This document shows positions 30,053-39,530 of a stretch of 54,816 nucleotides of DNA, piece by piece. The notes under the pieces are model-generated. The model saw only the letters and a list, made by a program, of their open reading frames with translations. It had not been told where the DNA came from and made no database searches. Where the stretch lies: NCBI GenBank assembly GCA_016210485.1, contig JACQUD010000032.1, forward strand, positions 1 to 54,816, read 5' to 3'. The number at the start of each line of letters is the position of its first letter. The stretch's first letter is position 1. This stretch comes from Chloroflexota bacterium. GTDB lineage: Bacteria; Chloroflexota; Dehalococcoidia; JACQUD01. The position numbers and the translations under genes are program-made.

Positions 30053-31563
30053 AGCACCTCCGGGCCCAATTGCTCCAGGCCCTGGGCCAGCTTTTGCCAA
30101 CGGCCGTAGCACTCCTGGTACTCGGCAGCTATGAGCGCCTCCGGCTCGTATGTTTGGAATGGGGGGAGCATGGCCTGGCAGGCCTCCTCCAGGCTGGAGT
30201 AGACGGTGGCTGCGCCAGCGGCCATGGCTGCTCCCAGGGTGGAGACGTGGGGCTGGGCCGACACCTTCACCGGCCGGTAGAGGACGTGGGCCAAGATGTG
30301 GCCCAGGAGGTGGCTGCGTGAAAGCCCCCCACCCACGTGCATACCCGATACCTCTATCCCAGAGATAGCCTCCAGCTGTGCACAGTTGGCCCTGAGGGCG
30401 AAGGCCAGGTTCTCCAGAAAGGCCCGGGCCAGATGGCCTCGGCTCACCGCGCCCAGGGAGCGAGGGACGGGAAAGAGGAAGCCACCCAGTCGCAACCCCA
30501 GGCGGCCCATATCCATGAGTTGGGGCCCCAGGAGAGCCAGGGTGCCCTCGGCCCCCAAGGGCGACGCCTGGGCCGCCGCCTCCAGAGAAACGTAGCCCTC
30601 AGACCCGTCGCCGGGGAACAGGATGTCCTTGAGCCAGCGATAGACGCTGCCAACCTCCCCGGCGTTGCCCTCCACCACCCAGCGTCCGGGGAAGGCATGG
30701 CAGCCCGTCCAGATGCGAGACTCCTTATCTATCAGAGGTCTCTCCAGGGGAAGCTGGAGGCTGGCGCTCCAGCCTGCCACTATCCCCCCCTGGCCCTCAG
30801 CGTAGACGCCCATACCCAGGAGACCACACTGGGTGTCAGCCCCACCCAGGGCCACCGGGGTGCCGGGGGCCAGGCCCGTCTCCTGAGCGGCGCGAGGCGT
30901 CACCACGCCCACCCGCGCTCCCGCCGAACCCAGGGGCGGGTAGATCCCCGAGGGCAGGTCCAGGAGCTTCCTGAGGCGCTCCGACCAGTCCCCCTGGCTT
31001 ATGTCTAGGAGGCCCACCTCCCCGACGCTGGAGACGGCGACTGCGGCCTCCCCGCACAGCCTATAAGTTACCCAGCCATCTAAGGGCAGCGCGCAGGCGA
31101 TTCTCTCGAAGTCCTTCGGCCTCTGGCTACAGAACCAGCGCAGCTTGGCCGGGGCGAAGAGGAAGGAGGGGCGGTGCCCGGTGATGGCGTATATCTCCTG
31201 TCCGAACTCCTCGTCCAGAGCCATGCCCTCCATGAAGGCGCGCAGGTCTACGTTGGGGCCGGCATATATCTCCTGCCCCTGGGCGTCCAGGAAGACCAGA
31301 CCCTCCCTCTGGCTGGTGGCGCTCACCGCCAGGATGTCTTTAGGAGAGGCCCCGCTGGCGGCCAGAGCATCCTGAATGGTCTGGGCTATAGCCCGCCAGA
31401 AGGTCCTGGGATCGAACTCGCGGCCCAGGGGAGCCAGGTCTCCGGGGGTCTCGTAGCTCCAGGAACGAGAGGCGAAGGCCACGGCCTGGCCTTGAAGGTC
31501 GACGATGAGACAGCGGCAACCTTCGGAGCCGGCGTCCAGGCCCATGAGGTATTTAGTGGCCAT
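30049..31563 (-). CDS. FGGY-family carbohydrate kinase, LsrK (AI-2 kinase)-like
   Basis: YLMGLDAGS, EFD, VSATSQREG, NVDLRA, GGADTQ, GGGLSRS. Confidence 0.88.
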   Translation of the reverse strand: MATKYLMGLDAGSEGCRCLIVDLQGQAVAFASRSWSYETPGDLAPLGREFDPRTFWRAIAQTIQDALAASGASPKDILAVSATSQREGLVFLDAQGQEIYAGPNVDLRAFMEGMALDEEFGQEIYAITGHRPSFLFAPAKLRWFCSQRPKDFERIACALPLDGWVTYRLCGEAAVAVSSVGEVGLLDISQGDWSERLRKLLDLPSGIYPPLGSAGARVGVVTPRAAQETGLAPGTPVALGGADTQCGLLGMGVYAEGQGGIVAGWSASLQLPLERPLIDKESRIWTGCHAFPGRWVVEGNAGEVGSVYRWLKDILFPGDGSEGYVSLEAAAQASPLGAEGTLALLGPQLMDMGRLGLRLGGFLFPVPRSLGAVSRGHLARAFLENLAFALRANCAQLEAISGIEVSGMHVGGGLSRSHLLGHILAHVLYRPVKVSAQPHVSTLGAAMAAGAATVYSSLEEACQAMLPPFQTYEPEALIAAEYQECYGRWQKLAQGLEQLGPEVL

Positions 31564-32551
31564 GCTGCCCCCAGGCCTGGGGATTGAGGAGATGCGCAGG
31601 TCGCTCTCCGCGCAAGAAGTGCAGGATGTCCTCAGCTATCATCTCCGAGTGCCGGGCGATGGTCTCTTGGGTAGCGCCGCCGATGTGTGGGGTGAGCACC
31701 ACGTTGTCCAAGCCCAGCAGGGGATTGTCCGGGGCCACGGGGTGGCTGGGGAATACGTCCAGGCCGGCCCCGGCCAGCCGTCCTTTTTTCAAGAAATCGG
31801 CCAGAGCCTCTTCATCGATAAGGGCGGCATCGGCGGTGTTTATGAGGTAAGCCGAAGGCTTCATCAAGGCCAGGCGCTCCTTATCGATGAGCCCCCGGGT
31901 GACATCAGTGGCCGGGCAATGGAGGCTGAGGAAGTCGGACTGGCGGAGCAGGGTCTCCATGTCCACCAAGGCAACCCCTGTGCCTTGGGCCTGAGCTGGC
32001 TGGACATAAGGATCGTGGGCCAGAACCTTCATGCCCAGGGCCGAGGCACGGCGGGCCAGCTCAGCGCCGATGGCCCCCAGTCCCACCAACCCCAGGGTCT
32101 TGCCCCCTAGCTCCAGCCCCCGCAAGGAGATGTAAGGTTCGGTAGGGTCTTCCCAGGCCCCCGAGGCCACCATCTGGTGGGCGGGAGGGATACGGCGGGC
32201 CAGACACAGCATGAGGGCCAGGGCCATCTCGGCCACGGCGGGAGCATTGCGCCCCGGGGTGTGCGCCACAAGGACGCCGTGCCGGGTGGCGGCATCCACG
32301 TCCACATTATTGGGGTTGCCTCGGCAGACTCCTAAAAATTTGAGACGGGGCGCTTGCTCGAAAGTCTCCTCGAAGACGAAATCGGCCTCCACTACCAGGA
32401 TAGCTATGTCCTCGCCGCTCAATCTCTCCGCCAGTTCCTCAGGAGAGTATAATCTCCGGCTATCCAGCCAGCTTTCGTAGGCGACTTCCAACTCGGCCCG
32501 GAGCTTTTCCAGAGCCGGGGAGGAGAAGGGGGCCAGGATAAGGGCTTTCAT
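31553..32551 (-). CDS. D-isomer-specific 2-hydroxyacid dehydrogenase family protein with atypical active site
   Basis: TPGRNA, GLVGLGAIG, SLHCP, TPHIGG; INTADA and DVFPSHP replace INxARG and DVFxxEP. Confidence 0.88.
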   Translation of the reverse strand: MKALILAPFSSPALEKLRAELEVAYESWLDSRRLYSPEELAERLSGEDIAILVVEADFVFEETFEQAPRLKFLGVCRGNPNNVDVDAATRHGVLVAHTPGRNAPAVAEMALALMLCLARRIPPAHQMVASGAWEDPTEPYISLRGLELGGKTLGLVGLGAIGAELARRASALGMKVLAHDPYVQPAQAQGTGVALVDMETLLRQSDFLSLHCPATDVTRGLIDKERLALMKPSAYLINTADAALIDEEALADFLKKGRLAGAGLDVFPSHPVAPDNPLLGLDNVVLTPHIGGATQETIARHSEMIAEDILHFLRGERPAHLLNPQAWGQHGH

Positions 32552-32681
32552 AGTCGAACCTTGGCATATGATACCACAAAGCTGGCCTGCTCTAAAATTA
32601 AGATTGAGAGCGGCCAGCCATGCTCGGCGCTCCCGGCGCTGGGTTCGACAGGCTCGGGGTGAGCGGCCCAGATCGGTTCGG

Positions 32682-33170
32682 CTATCGGATGAGGAAGTCC
32701 GCCACCTTCCGAAAGTTCTCCGGCACCAGACGGAGGACAAAGGGGAAGTAGTCCAGGAGCCGGGAGGCCAGGGCCGAGTCTTTCAGCGTTGGCTCCAGAT
32801 CGATGTAGTGGGAGGCCAGGAGGATGAGCACCAGGCTGACCAACGTCCCCAGGACCAGCCCGATAGCACCTCCGGCCAGACGGTTCAGCCATCCCAGCAT
32901 TATAAGAGAGAGGGCCTTACTGATGAGAGAAGCGATAATGGCCGAGGCCACCAGCGCCGCCACCAGGATTATGGCGAAGGCAGCGAACCGGGCCAGGCTA
33001 CTCTCCGAGGAGAGGACGTTGCTAGCCAGGGGCTGGTAGTAGCGCATGGCCGCCACCACCCCCACGGCCGTCCCTACGAGGGGCAGGACCAGCTTCACCG
33101 CCCCCATGAGCAACCCCGTTACTCCCAGGGCTATGGCAGCGACCAGGACAAACATATCTAGCCAGTTCAT
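32682..33170 (-). CDS. CvpA-family membrane protein
   Basis: MNWLD start, 4 TM segments, LGWLNRLAGGAIG, C-terminal S.LA. Confidence 0.85.
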   Translation of the reverse strand: MNWLDMFVLVAAIALGVTGLLMGAVKLVLPLVGTAVGVVAAMRYYQPLASNVLSSESSLARFAAFAIILVAALVASAIIASLISKALSLIMLGWLNRLAGGAIGLVLGTLVSLVLILLASHYIDLEPTLKDSALASRLLDYFPFVLRLVPENFRKVADFLIR

Positions 33171-33215
33171 GACATCTCCCTATATCTAGTGTTATTCAGT
33201 ATATCAGATATTATA

Positions 33216-33650
33216 TTACTTCGGCATCAGATTGATGGTGCGCAGCACCTCTTGAGCATCCACTTCGGTGTCGATACAGCCGTCCTTGTGGAGAGGGATA
33301 ATGATAATGGCAGGGTCCAGCCCTTCCTGGCTCATCTGCTTCACCCCCTCCACCCCCAGAGCCAGTTCCTGAGCACAGGCCACGGCCACGATGCCCCGGG
33401 GCTGATGCTGCTTCACAAAGCGGAGAGCCATGGCCCCGCCAGCGGCGACGCAGACCCCGGCGTAGCCCAGGCGCAAGGCCTCCTGGCGGAAACGGTGGAT
33501 GACGCACTTCTCCAAGCAGTCCTCGGGGCACTGAAGACCTTCTTTGGTGTATTTGCCGAGGCAAGTCTCGCTGGGGCGGAGACAATGGGGAAGGAGGAGA
33601 ACCCTCCGATTAGGAGCCACCTGGGTCAAGTCCTGACCTACAGCTTCCAT
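33216..33650 (-). CDS. DUF116-family Cys-rich protein
   Basis: LLLPHCLR..C, CxxxCxxxC, VAAGG, IVAVAC..EL, GCIDT. Confidence 0.85.
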   Translation of the reverse strand: MEAVGQDLTQVAPNRRVLLLPHCLRPSETCLGKYTKEGLQCPEDCLEKCVIHRFRQEALRLGYAGVCVAAGGAMALRFVKQHQPRGIVAVACAQELALGVEGVKQMSQEGLDPAIIIIPLHKDGCIDTEVDAQEVLRTINLMPK

Positions 33651-33672
33651 CTGTTACCTCCTATCCTCTAAT

Positions 33673-35586
33673 CTAAGGTAAGGCCCTCTGGAACTGGCCC
33701 AGGGCCATCAGGGGGAAATAGTTTCGATACAGATGATAGTTGATCATGAAGTCGCCAGGGAAGCCAGTGCCGGTGAAGTAGGGTTCCTCCCAGGTGCCGT
33801 CCTCCCTTTGGGTATCCATAAGATATCGGATGCCGCGGAGCACCTCAGGGCTGGGCCCTTCGGCAGCCAGGAGACCCATGATGGCCCAGGCCGTCTGGGA
33901 GGCGGTGGAGGGGCCTTGGCCACGAAGGGAGGGATTCTTATAGGAGTCGCAGGACTCCCCCCAGCCCCCATCCGGGTTATGGCGAGCCTTGAGCCAGGCG
34001 GCAGCCCGCCGAATGTATTCCTGCCCCATATCCTCCCCAGCAGCCTTGAGGGCCAGCATAGCCGACCAGGTGCCGTAGATATAGTTTACCCCCCAGCGCC
34101 CGAACCAAGCGCCATCGGCCTCCTGTTCCTTCTTCAGATAGGACAGGCCCCGGGCCGATGGACGATAGGTGAGGGGGTAGCCCAGCCGCCCCAGCATCTC
34201 CAACATGTGGGCAGTGACATCGGCGGAGGGAGGGTCCAGGAACTCGCCGAAGTCGGCGAAGGGGATCTGGGCCAGAGGCCCCTTGTTGTTGTCCATGTCG
34301 AAAGCGCCCCAACCCCCGTTGCGGCTCTGCATGCTCACCGACCAGACGACGCCCCTCTCTATGGCCTCTTCCAGGGCTTCTCTTTCAGGCAAGGAGACCT
34401 TCTTCAGGGCTATCACTACCTCGGCCACGTCGTCCACGTCGGGATAGAGGTCGTTCTCGAACTCGAAGGCCCAACCCCCGGGGGGCGTCCTGGGGTTCTT
34501 CACCTGCCAGTCGCCCCCGGCCATTATCTGCTCCTGGAGAAGCCAGCGGGCCGACCTCTGGAGGGCGGGGTGGTCGGGAGAGAGGCCGGAGTCAGCCAGG
34601 GCAATGACAGCCAGAGCAGTGTCCCACACCGGGGAGACGCAGGACTGGTGGTGCCAGGAGTCCCCCTCATCTATGGCGAAGGCCTCGAACCCTTGAAGCC
34701 CTTTGACCATTACTGGATGGTCCATAGGATAGCCCCGGAGCTTGAGGGCCAGGAGGGAGTAGACCCAGGGGGGCTGGATGCCACCCCAGGAGCCATCGGC
34801 CTCCTGGTGCTCCACGATCCAGCCCTCGGCCCGGCGCAGGGCGGCGCTCCGGCCCGGCTTCCAGGGAAGCTTATCGTAGGCCCGGAAGGCCCGGTCCAGG
34901 GCCAGGAAGAAGGACTTCCAGCTCGCCCAGCGCTGTCTCCGAGGCATGGCAAAGGCATCATGAGGTAGAGGCTGGGGGTAAAGCTCCTGGATGTCCATGG
35001 GCAGGGTGCAGCGAGGCTTCTTGTGGAGGATGACGAGCATGGGGACTACGGTTCCCCGTGCCCAGCAGGCGAACTCGTAGATATTTAGATAAAACCAGTT
35101 GGGCAATAGCACGACCTCCGGAGGCATGGCCGGCACTCCCTTCCAGGGGAACTGACCGAATAGGGCCAGCCATATCTTGGTGAAGACCCTGGCCCTGGGG
35201 ATGCCCCCCCTGGCCAGGATGAACTCTCGGGCCTTCCTCATGAAATCGGCCTCGGGAGAGATGCCCGCCACCTTGAGAGCGAGGTAGGCCTCGATGGTGG
35301 TGCTCAGGTCGCCGGGGCCACCATACCATATGGCCCAGGTGCCATCGGGGCGCTGGTGGCTCCGGATGTAGTTGGCTATCTGCCTCTCCCGCTCGGGCAG
35401 GGGGACGCCCAGGAAGCGACGCAGTAGGAGGTATTCCGCGGTTATGGTCACGTTGGACTCCAGCTCCCCGGCCCAGTAGCCCTGGGGGGCCTGAGTGCGC
35501 ATGAAGTAGCCCTGGGAGCGCTGGAGGGCCAAGGACAGGCGCTCCTGGAGTCCCCTATCTTTAGTCAGCGTTTCAATCTCCATCAC
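33673..35586 (-). CDS. shc: Squalene-hopene cyclase
   Basis: YPDVDD (DxDD), multiple QW repeats, SPVWDT, GRWGVNYIYG, GTGFP. Confidence 0.97.
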   Translation of the reverse strand: MMEIETLTKDRGLQERLSLALQRSQGYFMRTQAPQGYWAGELESNVTITAEYLLLRRFLGVPLPERERQIANYIRSHQRPDGTWAIWYGGPGDLSTTIEAYLALKVAGISPEADFMRKAREFILARGGIPRARVFTKIWLALFGQFPWKGVPAMPPEVVLLPNWFYLNIYEFACWARGTVVPMLVILHKKPRCTLPMDIQELYPQPLPHDAFAMPRRQRWASWKSFFLALDRAFRAYDKLPWKPGRSAALRRAEGWIVEHQEADGSWGGIQPPWVYSLLALKLRGYPMDHPVMVKGLQGFEAFAIDEGDSWHHQSCVSPVWDTALAVIALADSGLSPDHPALQRSARWLLQEQIMAGGDWQVKNPRTPPGGWAFEFENDLYPDVDDVAEVVIALKKVSLPEREALEEAIERGVVWSVSMQSRNGGWGAFDMDNNKGPLAQIPFADFGEFLDPPSADVTAHMLEMLGRLGYPLTYRPSARGLSYLKKEQEADGAWFGRWGVNYIYGTWSAMLALKAAGEDMGQEYIRRAAAWLKARHNPDGGWGESCDSYKNPSLRGQGPSTASQTAWAIMGLLAAEGPSPEVLRGIRYLMDTQREDGTWEEPYFTGTGFPGDFMINYHLYRNYFPLMALGQFQRALP

Positions 35587-35598
35587 CTAATTCGCCCT

Positions 35599-36642
35599 TC
35601 ACCCAGGGCCTGCCTGTCCCCCCGCTTTCAGGGGCGTCGAGCGGGCCTGGGGAGTCTTCTTCACGTATCCGTGGTCCAGAAACCAGCGGGCGGCGTCCAC
35701 CAGAGCATGCCCAATGGGAGTCTGGGGGAGGCCCAGCTCCCGGACGGCCTTGGAGGCATCGTAATACATGGGCTTGCGGGCCATCCTCACCCCCTCCAGA
35801 GGGATGCGCGGCTCCCTCCGGAGAAGCTTGCCCTCGATAGCATAGTCGATGTAGCCCAAGGCCAGGGCCAGCCCCCAGGGGAGGCGATGCCGGGGGGCTG
35901 GCAGCCCCGTCACCTCAGCCAGCTTCTGAAGGAGGTCCTTCATAGTCAAATTCAAGTGGCCCAGGATGTAGCGACAGCCAGTTTTTCCCCTCTCCAGGGC
36001 CAGAATGTGTCCCCGGGCCACATCCCGGACATGGACGACGTTGAGGCCGGTGTCGATATAGGCCGGCATGCGGCCGTTGAGGAAGTCCAGCACTATGCGC
36101 CCGGTAGGGGTGGGCTTGGCATCCCAAGGGCCGATAGGGGTGGAGGGGTTGACAATGACCACGGGCAGGCCCTCGGCGGCGAATCTCAGGGCCACCTTCT
36201 CCGCCAGATATTTGGACCTCTTGTAGTGGCCCACCAGGCCCCGGGAGTCCAGTAGCGTATCCTCGGTGCCGGAGCCGTGGGGGAGCCGACCCACAGCGGC
36301 GACGCTGCTGGTGTAAACAACCTTCTCTATCCCTATTTTCTGGGCTGCGGCCAGGATATTCTCGGTGCCCTGGACGTTAGCCCGATATATGGCCTGGGGA
36401 TGGCGATGCCAGAGGGTGTAGGCGGCGGCGGCGTGGAAGAGGGCCTGGCAACCCTCCAGGGCCAGACCCAGGGAGGCTGTCTCCGTTATGTCCCCCTGGG
36501 CCAGCTCCACATCCAGCCCCTTCAGGCTAGCGGTGTTGCTGGTAGGGCGAACCAAGGCTCTCACCTGGTAGCCAGAGGCCAGGAGCTCTCGCACCAGGTT
36601 AGCCCCGATGAAGCCGGTGGCGCCGGTGACCAGGACTCTCAT
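35599..36642 (-). CDS. hpnA: Hopanoid-associated NAD-dependent epimerase/dehydratase
   Basis: VTGATGFIG, YTSS, HYKRSK, NPSTPIGPWDAKPTPTG; located between hpnG and shc. Confidence 0.9.
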   Translation of the reverse strand: MRVLVTGATGFIGANLVRELLASGYQVRALVRPTSNTASLKGLDVELAQGDITETASLGLALEGCQALFHAAAAYTLWHRHPQAIYRANVQGTENILAAAQKIGIEKVVYTSSVAAVGRLPHGSGTEDTLLDSRGLVGHYKRSKYLAEKVALRFAAEGLPVVIVNPSTPIGPWDAKPTPTGRIVLDFLNGRMPAYIDTGLNVVHVRDVARGHILALERGKTGCRYILGHLNLTMKDLLQKLAEVTGLPAPRHRLPWGLALALGYIDYAIEGKLLRREPRIPLEGVRMARKPMYYDASKAVRELGLPQTPIGHALVDAARWFLDHGYVKKTPQARSTPLKAGGQAGPG

Positions 36643-37445
36643 ATGTCTCCCTGCCCCGCTTTGAAGACGTTCTCTCTTCCCACCCGCCCACCCAGAGGCG
36701 GGGCTGCACCCCCTGCCCAGTCCACTCCAGTAAAATGGCTTTCCTCCTGGTAAGCGGACGAGCGGATAAGCTCCCGGGTGAAAGCGATGGCCCAGGCCCC
36801 CAGGGCACGCGAGGCCCGACGGGAGCGGAGGCCCAGGCAAAGGAATCCATGCCAATGCTGGGGTCTCAGGACAAAATATCTTATGGCTTTTCCAGCCAGC
36901 AAACGCCCGTCGGCATTGATGAAAGGGTTGAGGTCGGGCACGAACTCCTCCTGGGGGTCAAGGACGGCCCGAACTGAGAGGAAGGGGAGGCCCTTTTCTT
37001 GGGCGGCCCACCCCACCCAGAAGCTCTCCATATCCACCACCTGCACCCCTAGGCCCCGGCCCAGAGCCTCCTTTTCCTTAGGGGAGGTAGCCACGCAGTT
37101 TTGGGTAAGGCCCTCGCCTTCCCTCCAAGGGAAAGATGTAGCCTCGATGGCCCGCCGGGCGACCTCCAGGAGGGCAGGATGACACACCACGCTCCTCGGC
37201 TCTTCTTTCTCTCCATGCCAGTGCACCCGACGGCATAGCACCAACTCCCCCGGCCTCAGACCAGGCTGAGTCCCCCCGGAGAAGCCCAGGGAGACCAGGG
37301 CGCAGTGGGGATGGGCCGCCAGCGCTTTAGCGACCCCCACCTCCGTAGCCCACCGCCCCATCCCTGTGGCCAGGGCCAGGGCGTCTGTTCCCAGGCCTCG
37401 AATCCTCGCTATCTCCTGGGGCATGGCGCTGAGAAAGACTATCAT
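36639..37445 (-). CDS. hpnG: Adenosylhopane nucleosidase/phosphorylase
   Basis: AMPQE, TGMG, SLGFSGG, VVDMES, SVRAVLD; translationally coupled to hpnH; C-terminal tail runs through a repeat element. Confidence 0.82.
   Translation of the reverse strand: MIVFLSAMPQEIARIRGLGTDALALATGMGRWATEVGVAKALAAHPHCALVSLGFSGGTQPGLRPGELVLCRRVHWHGEKEEPRSVVCHPALLEVARRAIEATSFPWREGEGLTQNCVATSPKEKEALGRGLGVQVVDMESFWVGWAAQEKGLPFLSVRAVLDPQEEFVPDLNPFINADGRLLAGKAIRYFVLRPQHWHGFLCLGLRSRRASRALGAWAIAFTRELIRSSAYQEESHFTGVDWAGGAAPPLGGRVGRENVFKAGQGDI
36666..36712 (-). repeat. Hairpin + G-quadruplex dispersed element, copy 3
   Basis: Minus strand GGGGT-GCA-GCCCC, 6 nt, GGGTGGGCGGGTGGG (36693-36679), AAGAGAGAACGTC. Confidence 0.72.
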
Positions 37446-38479
37446 CCCGGCCTCCGCCCGTTGATGGAGCCGGCCCTGGGGGCAGTGAGGTTCCACTTCA
37501 GCATCTGCCACATCGCCCTGGGGCTGCGGGTGGCCAGAAGCACCGCCGAGGCCTCGAAGCCGGAGTGCACCATGCAGTTCTGGCAGCGAGGGTCCCGCCC
37601 AGTGCCGTAGTTCTCCCAGGGCGTCTCCTTCATGAGCTGGGCAAAAGATGTAGCGTGTCCATCGGTGATGAGATAGCAGGGCCGCTTCCATCCCTTGACA
37701 TTCCGGGTTGGGTTACCCCACGGGGTGCAAGAAAGCTGCCGCTGTCCGGCCAGGAACTGAAGGTATAGGGGCGAGTTATAGAAAGACACCCATCCCTTCA
37801 TCCCATAGATGGTCTGAAACAGGCCATGGACATCCTTCCGGGTGAGGAAGAGATCATCCCGCACCTCCTGATAGCTGAAGGCGGGGGAGACCATGACCCC
37901 GTCCACCCCCACCCTGCCCAGCATTCGAAACAGCTCTTCTATCTCTCGGAGGTCGGTCCCCTTGTAGATGGTAGTGTTGGTGTAAACCCTGAAACCGGCT
38001 GACTTGGCCGCCTCGATGCTCTCCAGAGCCTTGCCAAAGACCCCGGGGCGGCAGGCGATGGCATCGTGGGTGGCCTCCAGGCCATCCAGGTGGATGCCGA
38101 AGCTCAGATATGGGCTGGGCTGGAACTTGTGCAGCGACTGCTTCACCAGTAGCCCGTTGCTGCACAGTATTACGAAGCGCCGCCGCTGGATTATCTCAGC
38201 CACTATTCGGTCCATATCCGGCAGGACAAGAGGTTCCCCACCGGTGATGGCCACCACCGGTGCTCCAGACTCCTCCACCGCCTCCAGACACTCCTCCCGA
38301 GAGAGGCGCTGTCCCAGGGTATCGGCATATTCCCGGATGCGGCCACAGCCGGCGCAGCTCAGGTTGCACTGGAAAGTGGGCTCCAGCATGAGAACCAGGG
38401 GGAAACGACGGCTGAGAGTCAGACGCCGCCCCAGCAAGTAGCGGGCCAGGCTCAAGCTCAGCCTTAGGGGATAAGCCAT
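37442..38479 (-). CDS. hpnH: Radical SAM adenosylhopane synthase
   Basis: RFPLVLMLEP..CNLSCAGCG, CTPWGNPTRN..GW..PCYL, YGTGRDPRCQNCMVHSGFE. Confidence 0.95.
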   Translation of the reverse strand: MAYPLRLSLSLARYLLGRRLTLSRRFPLVLMLEPTFQCNLSCAGCGRIREYADTLGQRLSREECLEAVEESGAPVVAITGGEPLVLPDMDRIVAEIIQRRRFVILCSNGLLVKQSLHKFQPSPYLSFGIHLDGLEATHDAIACRPGVFGKALESIEAAKSAGFRVYTNTTIYKGTDLREIEELFRMLGRVGVDGVMVSPAFSYQEVRDDLFLTRKDVHGLFQTIYGMKGWVSFYNSPLYLQFLAGQRQLSCTPWGNPTRNVKGWKRPCYLITDGHATSFAQLMKETPWENYGTGRDPRCQNCMVHSGFEASAVLLATRSPRAMWQMLKWNLTAPRAGSINGRRPG

Positions 38480-38491
38480 GATTTCCTCAAA

Positions 38492-39523
38492 CTAATAATC
38501 CCGCTCCACCAGGAAGGTGGCCATATCCTGGAGCTCGGCATCCCAGGGTGGGCAGAGCTGGCCTCCCAGGGCAATCAGCGCCTCTTCTTTCAGCGCCCTG
38601 GCTTTGTCCTGGGCCTGCTCCCTGACTCTCAATTCCTCCAGCAATTGAAGGACACAGCCTATCTCCGTCTCCTCCAGGGGGCTGCCACTGGCATAGAGAG
38701 AGAGGAGCTCGTCCCGGGCCGTGCCTGTGGCCTTCTCCAGGGCCAGGACTACAGGGTAGGACTTCTTGCGGCGACGGAGATCGCCGCCCAGAGGCTTGCC
38801 TGTAGACTCCTCCCGACCCCATATGCCCAGGATGTCGTCTCTGATCTGGAAGGCCAGACCCAGCTTTCGCCCGGCGTTGCAGAAGGCCTCCGCGGTGGTC
38901 CCATCCCCGCCACCAAGGAGTGCCCCAAGGTGCAGGGAGCAGCCGATGAGGGCCGCCGTCTTCCTCTCCACCATCTCCAAATAGGCCTGAGTGGCTATAT
39001 CCAGGCGGCTCTCATAGCTGAGGTCCAAGTATTGCCCCTCTATCATCTCAAGAATGCTCCGGTCCAGGAGACGAGAGGCCTGGAGCCTTTTCGGGATAGG
39101 CACTCCCTGGCCTTCCAAACGCTCCAGGGCTCGGCCCGCCAGGATGCGCAGGGCGTTGCCGGCGTTGAGGGCTTGAGCTTTGCCCCAAAGATACCACAGG
39201 GTGGGGCGATGGCGGCGCTGGCTGTCCCCGTCCTGGATGTCGTCGTGAACCAGGGAGAAGTTATGCGCCAGCTCCAGGGCGGCGGCAGCGGGCAGGGCCT
39301 GTTCCATATCTCCCCCCACGGCCTGGCAGGCCAGAAGGCAGAGGGTGGGGCGCAGGGCCTTTCCCCCGAATCCAGGGCCGGGGTTCCCATGCTCATCCAT
39401 CCAGCCCAGGTGGTAATGGAGGAGCTGTCGGCAGGGGATATCCTCCGGGGCCAGGATTTCCCTCAGCTCCCTCTCGATGCAGGAGCGATAGCGTAAGAAA
39501 GCCATAGGTAGCTCCATAGACAT
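38492..39523 (-). CDS. Short-chain polyprenyl diphosphate synthase (FPP/GGPP, type I-like)
   Basis: GKALRP, HNFSLVHDDIQD..RR (FARM with Phe at -5), GQYLD, KT, FQIRDDIL. Confidence 0.93.
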   Translation of the reverse strand: MSMELPMAFLRYRSCIERELREILAPEDIPCRQLLHYHLGWMDEHGNPGPGFGGKALRPTLCLLACQAVGGDMEQALPAAAALELAHNFSLVHDDIQDGDSQRRHRPTLWYLWGKAQALNAGNALRILAGRALERLEGQGVPIPKRLQASRLLDRSILEMIEGQYLDLSYESRLDIATQAYLEMVERKTAALIGCSLHLGALLGGGDGTTAEAFCNAGRKLGLAFQIRDDILGIWGREESTGKPLGGDLRRRKKSYPVVLALEKATGTARDELLSLYASGSPLEETEIGCVLQLLEELRVREQAQDKARALKEEALIALGGQLCPPWDAELQDMATFLVERDY

Positions 39524-39530
39524 CTCCTCT

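Noticed and set aside
33733-34968. 411-aa + strand ORF, and similar long antisense ORFs such as 48571-49788, 43663-44634 and 40062-41009
   Set aside because: Mirror frames of well-supported genes (shc, serA/aminotransferase, comEC, dxs), expected from high-GC codon bias.
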